Shown here: one piece after another, positions 57,215-64,000 of the stretch
Numbering within the stretch: position 1 is the stretch's first letter
How the letters are laid out: every line of letters begins with the position of its first letter
Virus record (IMG/VR): IMGVR_UViG_3300028027_000054
Coordinates: 15,807-79,806 of that record
Direction: 5' to 3' (one strand)
From: a virus
Length of the DNA stretch: 64,000 bases
Position numbers and translations under genes: made by a program
The notes under the pieces: model-generated
Told to the model about the DNA's origin: nothing
Databases searched by the model: none
Seen by the model: only the letters and a program-made list of their open reading frames with translations

Positions 57215-58327
57215 TTAACCCAGCTTGTCTAAGATCTTCTTCTCCAATCTTTTGTTGGAGATCCGACCGTATATAGCTGCGGTTTTCATGGTGACGCCCA
57301 GGAGTTCTGCCACTTCTTCCAGGTCAAACCCGTTGTCCATCAGCAACATAGCAAAAGAGTGCCTGGCCGTGTGGACCTTGATCTTACGGTCTACACCAGC
57401 CATTTTGGATATGTCCTTGACATAGTCTCTCATGTTCTGTTCTGATATATTAAACGGGTTATCTCTACAATATGTGAGGATCTCTGAGAGGCGGGAGTGG
57501 ATGGGCATGGAAACGACCCTTTTGTTCTTTTTGGTCTTTAACAGGATCCGTGCACTCGACACCATGGACTCATAGGAGAATTTCTTAAAGTCACTGATCC
57601 GGTAACCGGCATAACAGGACAGTAGAAAGTAATAGCCGCTCATCTTCATCATGGGTCTCTTAATGGCGTCACAGACCGTTTTGAACGAGGCAATCTCATC
57701 TTCAGTGAGGTATTCAGGTATACCTTGTTCATATACAGGAACAACGTACGCCTTGTACCGGTCCTCTTTGATGAGACCACGGTTCTTGGCCTGTTTTAAG
57801 AACCCCTTGATGTTCTTCATCTTCTTGTGGACGGTGTTATGATGCATCTTTTTACTTCTCAAGTGCTGCTCGTACCAGTTTAACCAGGATACGGAGATCT
57901 TGCTGAAGTACAGATACTTATCATACTCTTCCAGTTCTTTACGGATGTCTTCATAGACTTCTATGGTAGCGTCAGCTTTTTTACCACGCATCTGCTGCTC
58001 ATAGTCTACAATGAAATCTGTAAAAGTTTGCTTGGACAGAGCTTCACCACGCACAGCTTTCTGGAGCATTTCCAGGCTGACCTGGGGTACATCCATTAGA
58101 TCCAGGAGGTTCTGTTCAATATCCACCATCTGCTTGTTGAGCATAGCCGTGATCTTGGCCCTATGGGGATGATTGATGACCTCCCGACCCTGAAGCTGAT
58201 CTGGTCGCAGCTTGAAGTCTGTAGGAGCGTAAGCATGCATCCGGTTAAATACTACACGGATGGACAGTTTGTGGAGATTGTCTTTGTCGGGTTTAGCCTG
58301 GAGGTAAGGCTTGATTGTGTATCCCAT
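57215..58327 (-). CDS. int: Tyrosine integrase (Bacteroidota Arm-DNA-bind/SAM-like type)
   Basis: N-terminal arm-binding-like region; catalytic GYRISD, KTKK, HTARHSFA, LLG(V), IYG. Confidence 0.92.
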   Translation of the reverse strand: MGYTIKPYLQAKPDKDNLHKLSIRVVFNRMHAYAPTDFKLRPDQLQGREVINHPHRAKITAMLNKQMVDIEQNLLDLMDVPQVSLEMLQKAVRGEALSKQTFTDFIVDYEQQMRGKKADATIEVYEDIRKELEEYDKYLYFSKISVSWLNWYEQHLRSKKMHHNTVHKKMKNIKGFLKQAKNRGLIKEDRYKAYVVPVYEQGIPEYLTEDEIASFKTVCDAIKRPMMKMSGYYFLLSCYAGYRISDFKKFSYESMVSSARILLKTKKNKRVVSMPIHSRLSEILTYCRDNPFNISEQNMRDYVKDISKMAGVDRKIKVHTARHSFAMLLMDNGFDLEEVAELLGVTMKTAAIYGRISNKRLEKKILDKLG

Positions 58328-58343
58328 ACCACTAAGCTAAAAA

Positions 58344-58556
58344 TTTACAACAGGTTTTACAACATGTTTACAACAAAGGGGCTAGAAAATGCCATAATAT
58401 GCCACTTTAGACCCCTGATAACAGGCTAAAAATCAAAAGGCCCCTGGTAATCAGGAGCCTTCTGCGGACCGGACGGGACTCGAATGTTATTCTGAAACCC
58501 TTGTCTGGTTTATGTTCTAGCGTGTTAATCAAACAATTTACAACGGGTTTACAACA
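58344..58556. mobile_element. attP site: tRNA 3'-end core with arm-type repeats
   Basis: Core 58463-58484 (rc TTCGAGTCCCGTCCGGTCCGCA). TTTACAAC(A) repeats at 58344, 58356, 58367, 58537 and 58548. Lies between int and xis. Confidence 0.85.
58435..58461 (-). terminator. Terminator just downstream of the attP tRNA fragment
   Basis: rc AAGGCTCCTG-attac-CAGGGGCCTTTT. Confidence 0.7.
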
Positions 58557-58559
58557 TTA

Positions 58560-58808
58560 TCAGAACCTGGGACTGTCTCCCATGATTTTTTCTTTGCTAT
58601 AAAACCTCGTTCCACCTACACCGACACGGTACATATCCGGTGTGATTCTGCCTTTACTTACATACCCAATGAGGGTTACTTTCTTTATACCAAGCAGTTC
58701 ACAAACTTGTTGTTCTGTGAGCCACTCATCCTGTTGGACCAACGCTTGTTTTACCAGGCGTTTTAATTCCAACCAGTCTTTACGGGGTACAGTGACTTGA
58801 TCGGACAT
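58560..58808 (-). CDS. Excisionase-like (MerR/AlpA-type HTH) protein
   Basis: WLTEQQVCELLGIKKVTLIGYVSKGRI ... G.RFY; adjacent to attP. Confidence 0.75.
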   Translation of the reverse strand: MSDQVTVPRKDWLELKRLVKQALVQQDEWLTEQQVCELLGIKKVTLIGYVSKGRITPDMYRVGVGGTRFYSKEKIMGDSPRF

Positions 58809-58814
58809 AGCAAG

Positions 58815-59372
58815 TTAAACTTTTTTAGTAAACTTTTTGTACAGATCTGTGAAACGTCCGGTAGCTGCATGCATAGGTGAGTCTTTATAACCCGGCATGT
58901 CTTTTAGTTCAATCTGGTCTACCAAATGCCCGTCTTCATTGACCTGTTTACCTTTCCTGATAATCTCTTTGATCAGCGTTTCTTTGTGATCTTCTGAATC
59001 AATACTGACGATCAGGATCTCAGCTTTGATCGGGATGCTTTTCCAGTCATCCATGATCTTGTCAGGATCTACGGTTTTAGCATCAGCTATACGCATCCAG
59101 GCTTCAGAAGCCCAGCCGATAGCACGGATGTCAATCCGTTCACGGACTTTTTCTGCAATCTCAGGAACAACGTTGTCTATAAACTGGTCTTTGCTTGCCT
59201 CATCTTTCATATACTTAGAGTCTATAGGAACAAGACAGATAGCACTTTTGCCATCTGGTTTGTGTGTTCCCAAAACCGTAAATGAAGGACTAAGGCCACC
59301 AGATTCTACGATCATCTTGGTTATAAGTTCCAAGTAATCTTCTCTCAGGACTTTGAATTCTTCTTCTGTCAT
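58815..59372 (-). CDS. Hypothetical protein
   Basis: 185-aa ORF with a SEAW motif. Confidence 0.6.
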   Translation of the reverse strand: MTEEEFKVLREDYLELITKMIVESGGLSPSFTVLGTHKPDGKSAICLVPIDSKYMKDEASKDQFIDNVVPEIAEKVRERIDIRAIGWASEAWMRIADAKTVDPDKIMDDWKSIPIKAEILIVSIDSEDHKETLIKEIIRKGKQVNEDGHLVDQIELKDMPGYKDSPMHAATGRFTDLYKKFTKKV

Positions 59373-59382
59373 GATTTAAGTA

Positions 59383-59967
59383 TTAATCCCACCAATGTTT
59401 GAGTTTATAATGCATCAGCTTCCAGAAAATGCGTTCACATTTTTCCTGGTTATAACTTGACACTCTGTAGGCAAGTCTTTCTGTTTCTGATGCTTTGAGC
59501 TTGTATTTTTTACGAAGTTTCTTGGCCGTACGTTTATACTTAGCCAGATAGTCTTCCAGATGTTCTTCAATAATGGTATCCTGCATGGCCAGGTAATCAC
59601 CGGTGACATCCACCGGTATAAAGTCATATGACTTCTTGATGTAGTCAAACATCTCAACTTCATAGTAACCATGCTTGATGCGTTCCAATAGGTTAAGGGC
59701 AAGAGTGATTTCTTTATTGACTTCCTCCACGCCATAGAACCTGTTAGCTACAACTAAGGTTTCCCTGGTGAACTCAAGTTTTTTCTGAAGGATATCAGTG
59801 ATAAAAGCATTATCCCAGTGCCGGTCTCTATAGATGGTCGGCATCCATCTGATGATGTTTGTCACGCCACGCACAAATTCCTTAAGCCAACTGGGTACAT
59901 AACGTAACCAGTTGTTTCTTTCCCAAGCAGTGTCTTTAGGTGTCTGAAGTTGCACGTAACGTTTCAT
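59383..59967 (-). CDS. Hypothetical phage protein
   Basis: W.PTIYRDRHWD ... WWD. Start reassigned to MKRYVQ. Confidence 0.6.
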   Translation of the reverse strand: MKRYVQLQTPKDTAWERNNWLRYVPSWLKEFVRGVTNIIRWMPTIYRDRHWDNAFITDILQKKLEFTRETLVVANRFYGVEEVNKEITLALNLLERIKHGYYEVEMFDYIKKSYDFIPVDVTGDYLAMQDTIIEEHLEDYLAKYKRTAKKLRKKYKLKASETERLAYRVSSYNQEKCERIFWKLMHYKLKHWWD

Positions 59968-60112
59968 TGTTTTCTTTTTCTGGATGATGGAGAGGTTCGC
60001 AAGTTTCACCTTGGCAACAGGGTTGAATGTTGTTTCTACAGACATGACACTGCACGTGACCATGCACGTTTACGCCAGGTGTTTGTTGATGACAAATAGG
60101 ACAAGTGATCAT
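59936..60112 (-). CDS. 58-aa Cys/His-rich zinc-binding protein (not in ORF track)
   Basis: MITCPICHQQTPGVNVHGHVQCHVCRNNIQPCCQGETC... Confidence 0.65.
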   Translation of the reverse strand: MITCPICHQQTPGVNVHGHVQCHVCRNNIQPCCQGETCEPLHHPEKENNETLRATSDT

Positions 60113-60186
60113 AGTGAATTAAGTTTTTAAAGATTAAAAAAACCAGGGTGTGGAAACACCCCGGAAAATTTAAAAAATGGGACCAG

Positions 60187-60630
60187 TGGAGGTAGCCGGA
60201 TTTGAACCGGCGTCCAATAAAGAAGACAATAGATAAATTCATTACATGCTTAGTACTGACGATCAAGAGGGAGATCCCCCGTCATCTGCACCGTAAGGGC
60301 TGACCTTGTTATGGTCCGATCCACCACCTGGTTTTGACATAACCAGGAAAACCGCCAGGCGTACAGTTTACCGCCCAGAAACTATCAGACATTGTGACCA
60401 TAGGTAGTCTGACTAGCAGTGTCCGTTTCTGTTCCCAGGATGGACTTCCCGGTAGGTTAGGCTGCGATTGCAACTTCACCGAAGATAGAAGCCAAGATAG
60501 CTTCACCTTCTGCTACACGGTCAGACTGTGTCGTGCCGTTTATTGTTTTGCAGTTTGTTTAAGGACCACTTCTACCAAAGGTCCGCATGTTTACTTACCT
60601 CTCGCTCTATTGTCAATACCTGTTACCCCC
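60187..60630 (-). ncRNA. ssrA: tmRNA
   Basis: 5' GGGGGTAACAGGTATTGAC and 3' GGACGCCGGTTCAAATCCGGCTACCTCCA form an acceptor stem with G3:U70, discriminator A and a T-arm. ACATGC/GCATGT helix, a pk1-like GGACC/GGTCC stem, and a tag ORF at 60537-60457 ending AIAA*. Confidence 0.92.
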
Positions 60631-60741
60631 ATATGCTGTCTTTCCAGCTGTCATCTGTTTTCCCGTATTACACCTGCAGTCCAACGGCTACCACAGGCTT
60701 TTGTTTGGTGCTTACGCTTTCCACAGAAAACCATACAGAGT

Positions 60742-61158
60742 TTATGGTACTAACCATTTATTTTCTACTTTTTCTACACTATAAGTGTACTTAGGATTGT
60801 CATCCACTCTAAAATAGTAATAACCACCGGTTTGTGTAGCCTGGAGTCTGTGCATCCAGAACGCAGTTTTCTTGAGTTCGTAGATGATACTCTCGTTGCC
60901 AGACCAACCAAGTGTGTGGATCTCCAAAAGACCATCTTCTTCAAGGATGGCATCATCATAAGTCCAGATAGTCTTGATATAGTCTATTAGACCACGGTAA
61001 TCATTCCAGAACTGACCGGTTTTGTATGTACCCTCATGTTCTATGAACATGTGCCAGTTCTTTATATAGTCTAGTGCTTGCTCTGTAGGATAACCATCAT
61101 CAGTCATGAGGTTATCATTAGGATAAACAAATCCTATTGTTTGAATAGTTTCAGACAT
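60742..61158 (-). CDS. Hypothetical phage protein
   Basis: DGYPT ... HTLGWSGNE ... GG.Y.F motif. Confidence 0.6.
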   Translation of the reverse strand: MSETIQTIGFVYPNDNLMTDDGYPTEQALDYIKNWHMFIEHEGTYKTGQFWNDYRGLIDYIKTIWTYDDAILEEDGLLEIHTLGWSGNESIIYELKKTAFWMHRLQATQTGGYYYFRVDDNPKYTYSVEKVENKWLVP

Positions 61159-61160
61159 GT

Positions 61161-61499
61161 CTACTGTTTTTGTTTGTTCTTCAAATAGTACGTAAGAAAA
61201 TCTCCTTTCTCACCAGATTTTTTCCATTCTGCTTTTAGCTCCTGGAGTTTTTCAGCTGCTTGTTTTGACTTAACCAGTGGTAACCGATATGGATCATTAA
61301 GAGGATCCAGGTTATGGATAGCTCTATACGTGCTGGGTGAAAACCCCAGGTAGAAAAGTCCATATACTATACCAATACACAGAGCACCAATCAAGACATC
61401 TGCTAGTGGCTTGAGATACTGCTGCGGTATGTAATCCATGCTGTTCCATAAAACAACCACAATAGCTGTGGCTAATAGGGCTTTAGTTCGTGGTTTCAT
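61161..61499 (-). CDS. Two-TM membrane protein
   Basis: Two hydrophobic helices. Confidence 0.55.
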   Translation of the reverse strand: MKPRTKALLATAIVVVLWNSMDYIPQQYLKPLADVLIGALCIGIVYGLFYLGFSPSTYRAIHNLDPLNDPYRLPLVKSKQAAEKLQELKAEWKKSGEKGDFLTYYLKNKQKQ

Positions 61500-61729
61500 C
61501 AGTTATCATTACTTGAGATGAGTATTTCGTCAGCGTATACATCAGTGGCAGAACCATCTATGTACACCCGAGCATGAGATTTATCAAACAGCTTTACAGA
61601 GTCACAACGTATACTGGTTGATGATTTAACCCAGCCATCCCCATAAGCAGTGAATACTATGTATGGTCGGTCTTTGCCTGACTGACAAGCTGTAAAAGCT
61701 ACAAGGCAGATTAGTAATAGTTTTTTCAT
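61499..61729 (-). CDS. Small lipoprotein
   Basis: MKKLLLICLVAFTAC lipobox. Start reassigned to 61729. Confidence 0.65.
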   Translation of the reverse strand: MKKLLLICLVAFTACQSGKDRPYIVFTAYGDGWVKSSTSIRCDSVKLFDKSHARVYIDGSATDVYADEILISSNDN

Positions 61730-61862
61730 ATTACGGTTTTTTGTGACTGCTCGTCTCCCCAACCAATATTTGTAGAAGCTCACTCTACTAGGTTGGGAGA
61801 CGGAAGTCATAATTCTTGTTTCTTTACACAACCAGTTTAACCCATGGTGTGATCCGGGGAGC

Positions 61863-62414
61863 TTAAGACTTTTGCTGATCTAACCGATCCTGTAATACTT
61901 TTTTCATCTTCCACCAGTACATATATTCACCGCTGATTGGTGAATAAATTTCCATGTTACTTATTGCTTGACTAAAAGCAACGCTGATGTTGCCATCACA
62001 TTCTTTTATATAAGTATCTGCTAATTCAGATGATCTGTCAGTCATGAATTCTTCAAGAGTCTGACGAGGTAAATCATACACCTTAGTAGGAAGCTTAGCT
62101 CGTATAGCATCAGGTTCTCTTAAAAAGTATTTGTTACCAAGCTCATACTCAAACATCATTCTGCGGGCAAACTCTATCATCTCATCAGCTGAGTATAGAG
62201 GTTCTTCTACGGAGATTTGCTCAGTGTCATCTTCAAGAGTGTATTCATCAACCATCGTTAGAACACTGATTAAAGCTTCTCTAAAGCCAAGATTATAACC
62301 GATAGCAGTGGGTTTGTACTTACTGTCTAGAAGTTCTTGGATTGCGTTTTTCAGTTTTGTAGCTGAACAAACTCTTCCATTTTTACATTCTGGGGTAAAC
62401 TGTTCTTGTTCCAT
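61863..62414 (-). CDS. Hypothetical protein
   Basis: 183-aa ORF. Confidence 0.55.
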   Translation of the reverse strand: MEQEQFTPECKNGRVCSATKLKNAIQELLDSKYKPTAIGYNLGFREALISVLTMVDEYTLEDDTEQISVEEPLYSADEMIEFARRMMFEYELGNKYFLREPDAIRAKLPTKVYDLPRQTLEEFMTDRSSELADTYIKECDGNISVAFSQAISNMEIYSPISGEYMYWWKMKKVLQDRLDQQKS

Positions 62415-62483
62415 ATAGTTTTTAAGTTTAATGCCAAAGATCTGGCGGTTATTTGTTCTCTAACTACGCACTTATACGCATTT

Positions 62484-63098
62484 TTACTTGTACCTACCCA
62501 CCCATTGTACGCCTTGGGCGGTGGTGATTGTTTTTGGTACTTTTATAGGTTTTAGATTACTAACTCCAATATCCATTAAGTCAGTGCTATATGTACCACT
62601 ACCTTGATGTGATATTTCATCATCACTAATAAACTCTGTTGGGTATTGGTAAAATAATGGAGATGGTTCATATTCAGTATCAGGTCTTGCTTGTTTATAA
62701 GCATGACTAATAGCCTTCCTCATATCCTCCTTTGTGTATTTATACTTCTCACGGGCTTTGTTGTAGCCTGCTTTGAATGACCCATAATTGTCTCCGCCTG
62801 TGTCATCATTATTAGACCACTTATGACCATTAATATCAAAAACCCATTCTTGAGCCAACTCATCAAGACCATCTTCCTGATGTCGGGAATATGGTGGTAG
62901 TAAGTCAACACCTTCAAGGATGGGTGCACCGTTGAGTGGGAGGTGGGCAATGATTTTCTTAGGATTTTCTACAACATCCCCCTTTTCATAAGGAGAAAAA
63001 ATACCTGACATATCTTCATAGATAGTATCACCTTCTTTAATCTCTGAATCATCTACTACCAATAGGTAGTTTTGTGTTTTGATTAGTTTGTGTGTCAT
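62484..63098 (-). CDS. Hypothetical phage protein
   Basis: Start overlaps the upstream stop (ATGA); KIIAHLPL ... F.AGYNKA pattern. Confidence 0.55.
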   Translation of the reverse strand: MTHKLIKTQNYLLVVDDSEIKEGDTIYEDMSGIFSPYEKGDVVENPKKIIAHLPLNGAPILEGVDLLPPYSRHQEDGLDELAQEWVFDINGHKWSNNDDTGGDNYGSFKAGYNKAREKYKYTKEDMRKAISHAYKQARPDTEYEPSPLFYQYPTEFISDDEISHQGSGTYSTDLMDIGVSNLKPIKVPKTITTAQGVQWVGRYK

Positions 63099-63972
63099 GG
63101 TTTCTGTTTTACTAGTTCTATAAGTTTCTTGAGACAAGCAAGTTCTGCTTCTTCGTAGGTGCATTCTTGTAAAAAATCATCAACCCTATTGTGTGTTGTT
63201 ATTTCTACCACATAATATTCTGTATCTTCTTCCCAAACTTCTTCTATGGTATATAGTAAATTATGCTTCTCCCTAAACCATCTAAATGCTTGTTGGTATA
63301 GTGGTGCAGCAATGACATACTTGTTCTGATAATATCCTGTTTCTAACTCTTCATTGATATTATAAATTGCTAAACATTCTTCATCAAAACCTAATTCTTT
63401 AAGTTCTAATGCTTGTTCGTATGGAATGAATTCTTTGTTCATAGTTTATTTGTTTAGTTTTCTTAAATCCTCATCCAATCTTTCAAGAAATGATTCCTCA
63501 CCATCATCTCCTGACAGTAGCCAGTCTATCCTGTGAGCATACACCTCAGCTAACCTTAGATACTTTACAGCTAACTTGAACCTTTCAATCACCTCATCGG
63601 GATATTTGTAGTGACATAGGTCTTCGGGATACTTCTTATACCAATCATCATCATGCCAGTGCTCATCCTTGAGTTCTTGCTTGGTCTTTGGTCTTCCACT
63701 CTTCTCTATCTCATGTTCAATATCATCAGCTATGTAGCCTATCTTATATTGGTCGTAGTTAAATCTTCCTCCGCTCATAGTTTTTCTATTTCTGTTTTTA
63801 CATCTACTAAATACCCAACTGTAGCCATATCATCTAAGCTATGTGCTATATTATACATTTCATCCACGGCTATCAATGCACATTGTTTAGCATAACGGTT
63901 TCTGTTTAAATAAGTATCATCACTTATACTCATTGATTTTACAAGGCTAATTGCTTTTTCTTGTGGTGTCAT
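63095..63972 (-). CDS. Three small early-type hypothetical ORFs (63095-63442, 63446-63778, 63775-63972)
   Basis: Tightly coupled ORFs starting MNKEFIPYEQALELKELGF, MSGGRFNY and MTPQEKA. Confidence 0.6.
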
Positions 63973-64000
63973 GTTGTTTGTTTTTATTTACATTTCAAAG

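Noticed and set aside
58463-58484. Intact tRNA gene
   Set aside because: Only the T-loop-to-3'-end part is present; the matching 5' half is absent. Interpreted as the attP core.
58344-58556. CRISPR-like array
   Set aside because: The repeats are only 8-9 nt with 2-3 nt gaps, which fits integrase arm sites.
60036-60794. ORF-track ORFs overlapping the tmRNA
   Set aside because: No protein-like features; the region is better explained by the tmRNA.
430-64000. Stop-codon reassignment (TAG/TGA), common in some crAss-like phages
   Set aside because: The giant ORFs and conserved enzymes are uninterrupted in the standard code, and no suppressor tRNA was seen.

Overview
A 64-kb segment of a crAss-like (Crassvirales-type) Bacteroidota phage genome, read in the standard genetic code. 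1-22.9 kb (+) holds four giant virion-ejected proteins. One is a 3645-aa virion RNA polymerase (GSDFDVDK active site) extended by macro-like, NADAR-like, Dda/RecD-like helicase and zincin domains; another (1842 aa) carries a possible ADP-ribosyltransferase insert. 22.9-41.6 kb (-) holds nucleotide-metabolism accessory genes and the replication module (PolB, PD-(D/E)xK nuclease, primase, AAA ATPase, DnaB, a stand-alone DnaA domain IV protein). 41.7-46.0 kb (+) is a lysis cassette with two endolysins. 46.0-64 kb (-) holds MoxR/VWA, UDG, an SF2 helicase, many small early-type genes, a complete lysogeny module (tyrosine integrase, an intact attP with a tRNA-Asp-like 3' end, arm repeats and terminator, and an excisionase) and a phage tmRNA with an unusually long 26-codon tag. 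Highlights: a possible injected ADP-ribosylation writer/eraser toolkit, apparent temperate capacity, the long-tag tmRNA, and a TGTAGA motif network clustered at the DnaA-domain gene. All family calls come from recognising motifs by eye; no database searches were run.
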